The notes under the pieces are model-generated. The model was given only the letters and a program-made list of their open reading frames with translations. It made no database searches and was not told the origin of the DNA. From assembly GCA_958009085.1 (NCBI GenBank), contig OY253676.1, forward strand, positions 558,001-622,000: 64,000 bases of DNA, read 5' to 3'. Positions 46,737-60,472 of this stretch are shown piece by piece (position 1 is the first letter of the stretch; each line of letters opens with the position of its first letter). The stretch is from Protoeuglena noctilucae (taxonomy: Eukaryota). Made by a program: the position numbers and the translations under genes.

Positions 46737-49700
46737 CTATGCTCCCCCGCGCCCCCTCCCTCGCCCCCGCCCCCTCCCCGCTCCCCACGACCCCGCCCCC
46801 CCCCCCGCAGCCACGTCGTCCGCTGCCGCCATGCCACTTGCGGCGTCCAGCACCAGGCGCTTGATCTCCTGCCGCTCCTTCTCCATCTCTGCCTGCGAAC
46901 CAGAACCCACCGCAGCTGTTCTATATGCCTCCACGCCCGCATGCACGGCATACATGCGCACCGTTGCGGCACACGCCAGCGATGGCGCAAGCACATGCCA
47001 TGACATGAGAACACGCTCGCTCTTACCTCGTGAAGCAGCACACCCTGGGCCAGTCGGTTTGTGACGGGGACCATGATCTCTCTGGGACCCCGACCGCCTC
47101 GGGACAGCATCTTGAGACCCATCATCTGACGCTGCGAGGGGGGTGGGCCGGGGTGCACATCACGCCACGATATGACACGGTGCTACATCTCAATGTTTGT
47201 AACCTGCAGCAGATGCTGAGTGCTTCCCAGCACGCTTGTGCTCTCCCTGCCCCTCCCTCGCCCCTCACCTCCCGCCCCACGCTGCCCTCCTCCTCGTCGT
47301 CGCCCTCCCTGTCCCCGTCGTCCTCCTCATCGTCCAGATCACCGCCCATCATGCGGCGATCGATGCGAACCGACGACCCAAAGTGCTGCACGGCTGCCGG
47401 GATGCCTAACGTGTTGGCGGACCCGGTGCCCTCCAGCATCAGCTCTCGGAAGTCCCTCTCAAACTCCTCGTCGATCTCACGCTGACGGGCGAGCTGCGGG
47501 GTAACGGCAGCGACGTTCATGATGTACTCAACGCCACACCAGACGAGACGCATGCTGACTACACTTGCCACCTGCTCTGCCGCCCTTACCCACTCCCCCT
47601 CCCACGCCTTCACCTGCTCTGCTGCCCTGGCCCCTTCCTCCGCCGCATCCCCCGCCTTGTCCCCCTCCTCCGCCTCGTCACCACCCATCTCTCCGTCTTC
47701 CTCCTCACTGCTCTCCTCATCAGACTCGGGCCCTTCCTCTTCCACCGCCGTCAACGCCCCACCCGCCCCCGCCCCCGCACCGCCCTTCTTCCCAACCCTG
47801 GCCCCTGCCGCCTTCGCCTGCAACTTGTCCAGCATGTTCCTGGCCTCCGCAGCCGTCTTGACGCCGCGCAGCTGCGGCGCGTGCTGGGCAAGCAAGGCCT
47901 CGATGTCTGCCGCCACGTCGATGGGCGTCGCGCCCAGGGCCAGCGAGCAACCCAGCAGGGAGAGGAGTGTCGCTTGCAGGGTGCGGGAGGTGGCAGCGGG
48001 GCCGCGGCGGCCGGCGCCACGACCCCGGCCTTTGGACTGCTGAGGGGCTGTGGGTGACAGAGCGGGCGCGCCGGACTGGAGCAGCGCCACGATCGCTCGG
48101 ATGGCCGACCAGTTGCGAGAGAGATCCGGGGTGGTTGAGGGACCGGGCCCGGGTGCGGCCGGGAGGGGGTTGGGCTCGGCGTCGGCAGCGGGGGGCGCGG
48201 CGGCCATGGTGAGCAAAATGCCCAGAATGGATTTGAAAGTGGCCGAGTCGCAGACGTGGCGGACGACGAGGTGGCCCAGGAGACGCGCCTGCGAGGGGAG
48301 AAGCGTGGGGTGGGAGTCAAAACCCACCGTCAGTGATGGGGTGCGTTCTGCTAATGAGCATGCTGTCAGGTGTGAACGAACGCTTTAGCCCCCCTCACCA
48401 GCGCGATGCGCCGCTGGTGGTCCTTCCCTCCACGCTCCACGGACCCCACCACTCCCTCCACGCAGGCATCCACCACCCCAATCGCCACCGCCTCCTCCCC
48501 TTTCCCCACCGCCGCCACCACGTCCGCCACCAGCCTCACCGCAGTAAACCGCTCCACCGCCGCCCCCGCCAGAGCCTCCACCACCATCTCCTCCAACACA
48601 TGCCCTGTCGGCAACTCCTCCCTCGCTCCCTCAGCCCCCACACCACCCGCACCCTTTCGCGACCCGTCACCTTCACTCCCGTCCCCACCCTTGTTCCTGC
48701 CCTGAGCATCCCCCCTCTGCCCAGCCCCAGCCCCACCCTTGTTGCCACCCTCCGTGCTCCCCGCCTGCCCCGCTCCGACCCCACCCTCCTCCTGCCCCCA
48801 CGGCAGCGACAGGATGCCCCCCGCCACGTCCTGGACATCCTCCGCGCTCCCCAACTCCTCGTGCAGCAAATGCAGCGTCCACGCCTCCAGCACGTGCGGC
48901 CTCCGCCACCGCTGCGAGTGGCGCTTGGGCGGGCGCACCGCAAACAGCGCCGCGTCCACCAGGCCATCGTGGCGGGGCTCCAGGCCACGCGACTTGCGAC
49001 GCGATACCTGAGGGCGCACGCGGCGGTGAGCGAAGGACGGATTAATGCTGTGACTTGGCATGCGGACTGCACAGGAGATGCCGGGCGCGCCACCGAATGT
49101 CGGGAACGTGCCCATCCCACACGTGTGCTTCCAACATGTAAGACATCAACTTACCCGCACTCATCTCCTACCTCGCCCGCCCTCTCACCTCCTCCACCAC
49201 GGCGTCCAGCCGCTGCTGCGTTTCTGGCAGGCGCGCCAGGTACCGCCCGCACGTCTCCAGCAGAGCGCAGACGACGTCCACGTTGTGCTTGTGGAACCCC
49301 TCGAGGCAGCTCCACAAGAGGCGGAAGACGTCTCCCGCGGGCGCGCACCGGAAGCACGTCAGCTCCCCCAGGTATCGCGCAGACCGCACCCGCGGTTCGA
49401 GGGCGGCCGCCGACGGGTCGTTGGCTTTGCGGAGCTTCCGGCACCACTGGACCACGGCGGCGCCCACGGCGGTGCCCACCTCGGGCCACACGCGCGCCAG
49501 GCTCGCCGTCACGCGCGCGTACGAGGGCAGGGCATGGCCGGCCGCACGCGAGGGCCGGGCCAGCGCGCGCACCAGCCGCCGCCGGTTGCCCTTGCTGTCG
49601 ATCACGCAGTACCGCGCGCACCACGCGTCGCACTGCGCCGACGTGGAGCACGCGTCCACGTCCCTCACCAGCGACTCCACGGGTCCCAGGGGCCGCGGGG

Positions 49701-52263
49701 CAGCCCCCGGACCGCCCCGCCCCCGCCCCCGCCCACGCCCCTGGCCCGGGCCGCCCGCCCCGTCCGAGTCATAGTCGCTGTCGGGGTACTCGTCCGCACC
49801 CAGCGCATCCGCCAGTTGCGAGGCGGTCAGGCGCGACGAGCCCTGCGTGCGCGCCATGAGCACCCGCGTCAGCGGGCTTGTCATCCAACCAAAGCGCATT
49901 CCTCACCCGACCAATGCGCAACGCTGGCTCCGCTATGCAACTGGGCAGCACCCTCGCCTGTGCGGCTGCCTTGGCCCCTGCAGCTGTCGACCCCGTCTTG
50001 GCTGCCTGATCTCCCGTCTGATCTCCCCCAGCCTCCTCCTCCCCATCCTTCTCATCTCCGCTCGAGTCCTCTTCCTCTCCCCCGTCCGACTCTCCGCTCT
50101 CCGACTCGCCCCCGGGCTTGCCCTTCAGCTTCACCAGCAGCTGCAAGTGGAAAGAAGCATGGGCATAGGGAGTGGCAACTACGGCTGTGTGAAGCCAGCC
50201 CATGCACGAGAGTGGGGCCACCCACGCACCTGTGGCACCATCTGCAGCAGATCCGGCAGGTCCTCGTGGAATGCCCTCTCCGCCTCGTCCTCCCAGGGCC
50301 CCAGGGCACCGCCCCGAGAGGCGTCGAACCCCGCGTTGATGATGACCGTCCCCGTCTCCGTCTCGATGCGACCCTCGGGCTCCTCCGGCAACTCCAGCCT
50401 GCGCGAAGGCGATGAACGGCAGCGCCGGTCGTCAGCTAAGCCCTCGGTGTAGGTTTAGATGAATCAGCTGCACCGCGCCATGCGAGACCGCCCCACGCCT
50501 TCCTCCTCACTTCTCTCGCCCCATCGCCTCCCGCAGCCCCTCCTCCGCCACCACCAGCGCCTCCATCCGCTCCCGCTGCTGCCGGTACTCCACCACCATG
50601 CGCTCTGGCAAGTCCCCACGCTCCGTCATGATGCGCGTGTTGCGCATCTCCCGCCTCCGCAGCTGCAGGCCAGGCGGGGTAACGCAGTTGAGTTGCACGG
50701 GGATCGACAACACAAAGCCAACTTGTCATGCGCGATCCCCTGTCGCTCCCGCCCTCCGCCCCTGGAACACTGCAAACCCCTGCACTACGCTTGCCGACCA
50801 AGTGCCACTACCAGCCCTAGCCTCGACCTCCTCGCCGCGGACGTGCTAGTAGATCATACTCTCACCTCCCGGTGATCTTGCAGCAGCGCTTCCCTCGTGG
50901 CTGCCAGGCTGGCTTCCAGCAGCTCCGCCATCGCCTGACTGTCTGCCTCCGGGACACGCCACGCCTGCGAGAGTTTGCAAAAAGACGGCGTTAGAGAGCA
51001 GCGAGGGTGTCGTCGCGTCACGTTCCGCCCGCACCAGAGGCCAGCCCTTGCTGCCAGTCCCCTGCCAGCCACCCTGCCATCACGTGACCTGCCACCACAC
51101 GCAAAGCAACCCCGCCCCCCCCACCACCCCCACCTCGCTCCATCCGTTCTGCAGCTACCATGCCCTGCATTTCACCCGCATCCTCCTCACCTTCTGCCGC
51201 TCTTCCTGCAGATCTCTCACCGCGCCTGCCACCGCCGCCTCCACCGCAGTGTCCCCACCACGCACTGCGTCCGCCGCGGCAGCGCCCATGGCCGCGAACG
51301 CCACCTGGCGAGCGTCCGTCAGAAACGCCACGTCGACCGCGCGGCACAGGGCCTGCAGGGCTGACAGGGCGGCCAGGGCGTCGTCCCGGCCCTCCGGCCG
51401 AGACACCCCGACGGCCTGCGTCGTCAGCGACCGCGCCGCGAGGATCAGTGGCTTCACCGAGTCCCCGTTGCACCCGACCGACACGAGCGTCGCCAGCGTC
51501 CGAAGCATCGTGCGCAGGCGTGGGTGGGCAGAGCGGTCAGCGATCGCCTCCCGGAGAGCCTGGGTGGACATGAAGGGCGACAGCAGGGCCTGCGCGGAGG
51601 AATGACGTGCAGGAATCGCCCGCGCCACCCACTTGGCGACACAGGGGGCAGGGCCTTGTTGTGAGAGCTGCGAAGTGGGCGGTGCCAACACAGCACGCAT
51701 GCAGCTGGCACGCGCCTGGAGGACTTGGGGAGAGAAGGACGCGTAGTCCTGGTGCAGGCAGCCGCACGCGGCGACGACGGCGGGGAGGTCCTTGGACTTG
51801 AACGTGCATTCTGCGATCGACTTGACGCACTGCGGGAGCGGCAGGTGCAGCGCGGCCCGTTGAGCCCTCGTCTTCGGGTCACCTACGCACGAGAGCCGCG
51901 TTATGACGGCAGTCACCTCCGTCACGTATCTCGTGAGGTTGGTCCCGCGGATTTCGCGCACGACCGCGTCCTGCTGGCCGTCCTGGATCTTCCCAAGCTT
52001 GCGCACCAGAGCCGTGCATTTCTTGAAAAAGCTCTCGCGCTGTTTCAGCTCCTCCTCGTCCGGACGCCGCGCAGCCCCCTGCAACGGCGCTGGGGAGCCG
52101 AGATCAGCGACGGAGCGTACCCTCGCGTCGAGCGCTGGGCCCGTCGCGCTGCCCGCACCTCCGCGTTCCGCCGCCGCTCCTCCTGGCGCCAGGAGATGGC
52201 CTGCTTCATCTTAAGGATGCGCTCCATCGCGCCCTGGACGAGCGCGTCCCCATCGCCGCCCAT
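46737..52263 (-). CDS. UPF2: Regulator of nonsense transcripts UPF2 (three MIF4G domains), about 12 exons
   Basis: KKCTALVRKL..IRGTNLTRYVTE, RLRTMLRTLATLVSVG, GPWEDEAERAFHEDLPDL, SKGNRRRLVRAL..LPSYARVTASL, RYLGELTCF, HNVDVVCALLETCGRYL, an acidic region, DEEFERDF and ERQEIKRLVL all match UPF2. Confidence 0.9.
51590..51715 (-). other. GC-AG intron in UPF2
   Basis: CAG|GCGCGT...CCGCGCAG|GCC. Removal gives YASFSPQVLQ-ALLSPF, colinear with the MIF4G-1 helix; 126 nt with no stop. Confidence 0.75.
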
Positions 52264-52513
52264 TTGCTAACCCCCCGCCCGACGCGGACCACGGCGACGC
52301 GTTCGGCTTCCTCAGGGATACGGGGTGAACATGGCAACGCAGCCACAGGCGTCGTGCCTAAGGGGCCAGGCGACTTTTACCCTCCCACCCGCGCCAGAGG
52401 ACTTGTCAGGGACAAACTGAGACTACTACCTGAAAGCTTTTCAGGTGCTGATGTCCCACCACGGAGGTACATCGCATCCGCTGCAGCTGTCCACGCGTGC
52501 GAAAGGGATCGCG

Positions 52514-53349
52514 ATGTACACGGCCCGCCCTTCCCCGCCTTTGTGCACCCTCGCGTCCAGCACGGGGATCCCCAAGTCTTCGCCAGCACGGGGATCCCCA
52601 AGCCTCCGCACGCGGAGAGTGCTTGCTCGTGCAGGTGAGGATGAGCAATTTGGGCTCCTGGATCCGCTCGGCGTGTCAGCACGGCCATCCGGGGGTAGGC
52701 ATCCAATCGTGATCTGTCGTTCCCTGCCACCAGAAGCTCCCAAGGCTCCGGAGGACTCGTCTACGGGACGTGTGTCGACGCCTCAGCTGGAGTGAGTGCG
52801 CTTGACTAGCAGCAGCGCTTGGAATGGGTGGAAAGAGGTGGGTCACGCCGCCTTGCCACCCCTCCGATGCTCACAGAGCGTTCCTCGATGAGAAGGTTTT
52901 CTACGAGGGCAGCGGCAGCAACGCAGAGACGGCGGTGTCCGTTGTGCTCGGGGTCGTCACCCTGTGAGTGCGGCCTGCGCATGGTGCGCATGCGCACCAT
53001 GGTTTAGGAACGAAGGAACCTGCGTCCGCGAACACGGCTTGCACTACCATCCCCTACCCGCAGGCTTTACCTGCCGCTGACGATCACGTCGCTGGGGCGG
53101 CGCGCGTGGATCAAGTACAAGTTCACGAGCGAGCGCTTTGTGCTTGAGGTCGACAGCCCCATCGCCAAGCGAAGGGAGGAGGTGCGCTGGGGCGAGGTGG
53201 CGAGCGTCGAGACGGTGCCGCGCTGCTTCGGCCTCTGGGGCGATATGGTCATGCGGCTGAAGGACGGCAACGTGCTGCAGCTCGTGGGGATCGAGAGGCA
53301 CGAGGAGCTGCGGGACTACGTCCGCGCGCGCATCGCAGGGCGACCTTGA
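52514..53349 (+). CDS. Plastid/cyanobacterial-type bacterial PH domain (bPH_2/DUF304) membrane protein
   Basis: Spliced sequence EKVFYEGSGS..VLGVVTLLYLPLTITSLGRRAWIKYKFTSER...EVRWGEVASVETVPRCFGLWGDMVMRLKDG; transit-peptide-like first exon. Confidence 0.75.
52557..52602. repeat. 20-bp direct repeat (period 26) with an internal palindrome GGGGATCCCC
   Basis: CCAGCACGGGGATCCCCAAG at 52557-52576 and 52583-52602. Confidence 0.85.
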
Positions 53350-53394
53350 ATCAGCATGGCCTAGATGCGAGCGTGACAGAGGCCTTCGCGCGCC

Positions 53395-54274
53395 TCAGAA
53401 GCGGAGCTTGACCTCCTTGCCAGTCTTGGGGTGGGAGGCCCGCAGGACCTGCACCCGCTTCTCCGGGACGCGGACCTCCCGGCCACCGATGCCGCAGCAG
53501 CCCCCGGTCCTCTCCGTCCGCCCCTTCTGCACTTCCACGTCCTTGTTGACCTGCGGCGACGGCGACGCCCATCATCGGCGCCCTGCAGCAAGGGGGTGGT
53601 CCACGTTGCGGCCCAGGCGAGGCACGGACAGCCTTGCCTGGACGGGCTGGTACAGAGCGCCCTGGAACTGGAAGTAGATGGGCATGTCGGCCTTGGCCAG
53701 GTCCCTCAGGAGCTCCGCGTCCTGTGCAGCAGAGGAGCGCAAAGACGGGATCCGCAAGGGGTGGGCTTGAAACCACAATGTGGGGTGCCGTTGTCCTTCC
53801 GGGCAACAATGACGCAAACAGCCAGCACTTGGGGCACGCCAGCCATCGGCATCGGCAAGCACTCACCTCAAAGCCGCTCAGGTTGGCCTCCCCGCCCTGG
53901 CCGCCGTACTCGGTCTTGACGTAGAACGTGTGCATCCCGTGCCTGTCCGAAACGTACATGCCGTTGGGGAAGACGATCTCTGCGAGCGCAGGACTGTCGG
54001 GATCCGCTCTCTGCTATGCGAAATCTGGGCCGCGGGGCTCCGCATGCATGCCGAGCGCAGGCGCATCGTCACCGTCGGCCGGAGGGGCAGAGGAGAACCA
54101 ACGCTTGACCGTCGGGATCCACACATTTCGCAGGATGACGAGGGAGGCGATGGCCCCCGCGAGGCCGGCCAGGACGGAGAAAAGGAGGAAGTACAGCGCG
54201 TTGATGTCATCCAGGTAGTCGATGCCGCGGTCCAGCAGCACGACGGCCGCGTTCACGTAGTCCTCGAGACCCAT
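53395..54274 (-). CDS. Unknown small single-pass membrane protein, 4 exons
   Basis: MGLEDYVNAAVVLLDRGIDYLDDINALYFLLFSVLAGLAGAIASLVILRNVW...EIVFPNGMYVSDRHG...MPIYFQFQGALYQPVQ-VNKDVEVQKG...GKEVKLRF*; in-phase splice sites and strong G/C at third codon positions. Confidence 0.65.
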
Positions 54275-54942
54275 GGTAGCGCTAGAGGCCTCTGATGCTC
54301 GCAGGCGTGCTCTTTCCTTGCCACCCTTGTTGACCGAGCGTGTTCCCTGCGCGTGAGAGCGCGCAAAAGCGATCGGCCGCATGCGCGCCGCTCGTGAGCG
54401 CTTCCTTAACACGGTGCCAAGGGCGTAACCATGTCTGGTGCAACATCGGCGTCGCCTGGCCCCCCACCTGCCACACCGCCTCACAACGCCTTCGCGAGCC
54501 CCGCACGCGACACTTTGCGTGCACGTTCTAATGTCCGGGAACTGCCTCTCACGACGGCGCTGACCGACGACGTGTGGTTGGCCCACGGGCGCCGGCGAGA
54601 TGTCGGACTGACATGCGCTGTGCCCGCACACACAAGGCGCCCAGTGCACCGTTGTGAGGCGCCAGCGATCCGATCGTCGTCCGACTGAGCTGCAGACGCG
54701 GCGGTGGCTTCCTTAGAGTGAACGCTCCCGTCCTGCCCTTGCCGCGCTCTTGGGGCCGCCGCGCCGCTCGTCGGGAGGACCAAGAGGTGCGACGCCGCGT
54801 GCACGCGAGTGTTTCATCCAGCTTTTGAGCTTGACTGCGCGATCGGGCTCCGACGAGCCCGATGTTGCGAGAGCTGGCCGCTGACCGAACCGCCCGCCCT
54901 CTCCCCAGGACATCACGCCAGCCCGTGCGGCGCTTGGGCTAA

Positions 54943-56212
<1,270 letters not shown>

Positions 56213-56520
56213 CTAGGTTATCTCGGAACGTCACACGCTCCGAGCTACCCGCGGGGGCCTGCGAGTCGGCGTTCGATGAGTTGAGTGTGGCATGCGCCCA
56301 TCGCGCGTGCTCCATGGTGTTGAACGACGGAACGGGCGTCTCTGACCTAGGGTAAGCCGGCAAGGCTGCTAGCAAGGGCGATCCGCGTGATGACGTGCCT
56401 TGATGTGCCCATTCATCGATGCACGCGAGTCTCTGCGGCGTCCTTGTTTTGAAACCCGCTGTTCACGGAGTTCGTGCGCTCACCTTCGCTGGGCCGCGTC
56501 CAAGCCCGCAGCGACCGATC

Positions 56521-58000
56521 ATGGCCGACGCGGACGGGAAAGGTGGCGACAGGGGCGCGGGGGTGAGCGGCTGAGCCAAGCGGGGGCGCCGCACGTCCCC
56601 AACGACTTCCACAAGGCGCGCTCTCCGCTTTGGCGAGGCAGCCACATCAGATCCAGTGCTCTGTCGTTCCGGCAGGCTGCGGCGTCGGCGATCGGGGGTC
56701 CGTGGTCCCAGTTCCCGCCTCCCCCGCGCTTTCCGCAGAGCCAGCCAGACAATGACATCCTGAGGGCCTTCATTGGCGGTATTCCGCACGCCTGGAGCGA
56801 CGCGGACATGCTGGAAGGTCAGGGGCAGCGCGCAGGCTCACAGCAAAGGCGGTTAGGGTCTACGCGCTGGGATCGCCGCGCTCGGCCGCAGCCGCGCGCT
56901 GTGCTTGTGAGCCGGAAAGCCTCTCGGAATCGAGTGACGGCTGACCGCTTCGAGAGCCCGGCACCGCGTCCCGTTTGCCACGGCGAGGGCGTTTTGTCCA
57001 AATGGGGCGGCAAGCCAATTGCCGCGGCGCCTGTCGACCTTCCGCCGCTGGCTGGGTCCGCAGAGTTCCGGGACTTCCGACCCGTCAAGGCGGAGGTGAT
57101 GATTGACCGGGAGACGGGCAAAAGCCGCGGGTTCGGCTTCGTCATGTTTGAGACCGAGCAGGACAAGGAGGAGGCGATCCGGGCCAAGAACGGGGCCATC
57201 GTGCTGGTAAGGAAGGGGAGCGAGAGGCACACGGTCAGAACTGCCGCGAGCCAGACGTCACAGGGAGCCCCTGCGACACGAGATGCGTGGAGGGGAAACA
57301 ATTTCTTTCCTGGCATCTGCAGAACAACAGGCAGATTTCCGTGAAGAACGCCGTCCCCAAGGCCCAGCTCCCGCCAGGGTGAGTTGTTGCGGCATCCAGC
57401 GCGCAGCGTTCCCACAGGCGTAGCATGGGGGGCACAGGAGCACGTGCCGCTCGACACGTCTGCTGCAGGGGGCGGAGGTACGGGCGGGGCGGGTTCGGTG
57501 GCGGTGGCGGTGGCTACCGCGGTGGCGACCGCGATTACGGCGGCGGTGGCGGGTACGGCGGTGGCGGGTATGGCGGCGGCGGCGGGTACGGCGGCGGCGG
57601 TGGCTACCGTGGCGGCGACCGCGACTATGGCGGCGGCGGCGGGTACGGAGGCGGCGGTGGCTACGGCGGTGGCGGTGGCTACCGGGGCGGCGACCGCGAC
57701 TACGGCAGCGGTGGATACGGCAGCGGCGCCGGGGGCGGTGGTGGCTACGGCAGCGGTGCGGGAGGGGGTTACCGCGGCGGCGACCAGGGAGGCGACTACG
57801 GCACGTACGGCAGCAGTGCCCGCGGTAGCTACGGCGGGGGTGGTGGCGGTCGCGGTGGCTACGGCAGCGGCGGTGCGGGCGGCGGCGGTTACGGCAGCAG
57901 TGCCGGGGGCGGGGGCAATGGCTACGGGGCCGCTGAGGACCGTGGCTACGGCGGTGGCTACGGTGGTCAGGGAGGCTATGCCGACGCTGGTGGGCACTAG
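56521..58000 (+). CDS. Glycine-rich RNA-binding protein (single RRM + GGY/RGG tail), 5 exons
   Basis: RNP2 RAFIGGI; RNP1 within DRETGKSRGFGFVMF; NNRQISVKNA; tail of GGGGY and YRGGDRDY repeats; stop TAG at 58000. Confidence 0.92.
57495..57965 (+). repeat. Coding Gly-rich repeats (GGGGY; YRGGDRDY x3 plus a variant)
   Basis: Recurrent GGCTACCG.GG.GGCGACCGCGA.TA.GG and GGCGG.GGCGG.TAC units. Confidence 0.85.
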
Positions 58001-58785
58001 GCTGCTGCCTGCATGCCTGGCTCCGTGCCCTGGACTTTGCGCTTGCGTGATTGGGCCGAGGATGAGCGCTGAGGCTTCAAGGTGAAAGGTGCAGGACACG
58101 ACTGGGCCGAAAAGGGGGTAAGCTGGTGACTGTCACGCAGGAGACGAAGGGAGAGGTAGCGGTTACAACAGCTACGGCGGCGTGCAGCACAACCAGCAGG
58201 GTTATGGGTGACGAGCGCTCTGGGACGTGCACAGTGTACCTGTCCTTTGTTCTACTCCCGTCGCGCACCTGGGCAGCGCACGTGGTCACGGGGGCTGTGC
58301 CAGTGCAAGCGCTCGCTCTCCCCTCAGGAGTCAGCCGGGTGCCGGCAGGGACCACCCGTACGGTCGCTGAGCTTGCTCTGGCTGTGCAAAGCGACTCAGG
58401 GTCAGATGCCGGCAGTTACTCAGACAGGGAGGCATCAGCCGAGCACGAGCACATGCTCACAGCATAGGAGATGGCAGCCGCGGGACCAGCCGCTGGCTAA
58501 GGCGAACTGCGCGGGCGCGTGGCCTCGGAGTAGCAGCCGGGCGAGTTCCTTGCTTCACTTCAACGGCCATCCTATTTCAGCCGCTACTTGGACGCCTGCT
58601 GAGCTCGGGGAGCGGTTGCGGGGCCAAACGCACTGGACCAGGGGGGGACCCCACGCCGGGATCCGCGGGGTCAACGCAGGGACGCGCATATCTTGGGGTG
58701 GGGGGGAGGGGGAAGAGCGCACGCGAGTCGGCCGCCCCCCGAGGGGCCGGGGGGGGCGTCATGGCGCGGGCCGGGCAGAGGGCCT

Positions 58786-60204
58786 TCAGAACGGCAGGGA
58801 GACGCCGTTGGTGGCGAAGTTGGCGCCCGTGGGGTTGGCGAGGTGCTCCCCGAGCGCGGCGAGCGGGCCCTTGCCGGTGGCGGCGTGCTGGCCCCAGAAC
58901 CCCACGAAGGCGAGCATGGCCAGGCGGCCGTTCTTGATCTCGCGGAGCTTCATCGTCTCGAAGTCGCCCTTGGAGAAGCCCATGGGGTCGAAGGCCCCGC
59001 CGGGGTAGCACCGCTTGGACTGGTCCTTCTCCGTGCCGCGGAGCGCCTCGGCCCCGCCCATCAGCAGCACCTCGAAGAGCATGATGGCGCCGAGGTTGCT
59101 GCCGCCGGGGATCTCGTTGCCCAGGTACGTGGCCGTGCCCTTCTCCACGGCCCACAGGGGGGCGTCGTACCAGGTGCCGTAGCTGCGGGCGAGGGGCGAG
59201 GCGCGGGTGAGCGAGTGCAGGCACTGGCTGCGAGGATGACGTGATAGCGTGAACGCTGTCGCGTGTGGTAGATCGCCAACCACCCGGGCGAGATTCCCGC
59301 TGAGGAGACAGCTGGGGGTCTGCGCAGGCCGGCCCTCACCCGAGGGCCTCCACGCTGAGGCAGCCGGGGATGGCGAGCATGGCCCAGCGAGCGTGCTGCA
59401 GCTCCGCCTCCTGCATGCGCATCAGGACCTTCTTGTCCTTGCCGAGCCCGAGCGGGTCGAACCCGAAGTCACCTGCGGGGATGCGAGCGAGGCACGGATC
59501 TCACCACCAGAGCACAGTCCGGGCCTGCCGTTTGCGGCCCAGGCTCCCTGCAACATCCACGCCTCAGCAGCCCGCTCCAGCCGCAAACATGGGGCCAGGC
59601 GCCCCCGGGAAACGGTAATGAGGGTGTCCCCACAACAGGCGGAAAAGTCCACCGTCAACGCGGCGGGGCGCGCTTGCACGCGGCCAGCGCGGAGATTTAT
59701 GGCGAAAAGGCGGACAGAGACGGCCACCCGCGGCGCTGGATCGGAAATTGGGTCGGCAGCGGCTCTGGATTTCCTCGGATGGCCGAATCAGATGCCGCGG
59801 CGCGCCCGCCTCCTCCCCCGCGCCCGAGGAGCGACCGCGGCAGCGTCATTCCGAACGCGACCAGCGGTCACCGCGAGCTCGGCAGCCCGGGCGCGGGAGG
59901 GGGGGCCAGTCCCGGCACCTTCGCACCGGAAGACCCGACTAGCCGCCCAGAGAAGGCGAGAGGGAAAGACCGGGGGCCCAAGCGGCCGCTTCGTGCGCAT
60001 AGATGCGCAAGGCGCCTGGAATCGGCCCCGCCATCGCGCCAGGGATAGCCGGGTGTCATCCTCACCGGCGAGGGACCCATCCAGGTGCGCCGGGGCATCC
60101 GTGCCCGGGAACCAGGCAGCGCCGCGAGCCTGAACGCGCACGCCGTTGGTGCGGGCGTTGGCGACGCGCGCGCCGGCGAACGAGGCCTTGACGGAAGCGA
60201 ACAT
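58786..60204 (-). CDS. LHCA1: Photosystem I light-harvesting chlorophyll a/b protein Lhca1, 3 exons (introns 59473-60065 and 59183-59339)
   Basis: [66 protein letters not shown] and [32 protein letters not shown]; the C-terminus is typical of green-algal Lhca1. Confidence 0.93.
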
Positions 60205-60472
60205 CTTCGTATCTCAGGCGATGGCCGACCGCGCGGGGTCAGTCAGTAGCCGGGGAAGCAAGGGTGCCGATCTCATTGCGATACGGCCGGCGGGGGCGCT
60301 CTTCCGGGCCCGGCCGGTCCCTCCCACGGTTTCTCTGGCGCCAGAAAAGAGTGCCGAGCCAAAAAGTGGAGCGAACCAGAGAGCAAGTCGCGGGAGGCCG
60401 CCCGATTGGGCCATCCGCGGGCCTGAGTGCACCGGGCGTTGTGCGGGGGATTGCATCGCGTGCAGCTGGGTG

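Noticed and set aside
49843..49957. Possible GC donor CAG|GCGAGG in the UPF2 linker
   Set aside because: An in-phase GT donor (CGG|GTGAGG) also exists and the linker is unconserved, so it cannot be decided.
56380..56460. Box C-like GTGATGA upstream of the RRM gene (possible snoRNA)
   Set aside because: No suitably placed box D or terminal stem seen.
57495..57965. Regularly spaced repeats suggesting a CRISPR array
   Set aside because: Degenerate, in-frame coding repeats without unique spacers; eukaryotic context; no cas genes.
56819..58099. Ala/Thr/Val-rich ORFs (56819-58099 minus, 57384-58085 plus) resembling antifreeze or mucin proteins
   Set aside because: Alternative frames of the Gly-rich repeat tail of the RRM protein.
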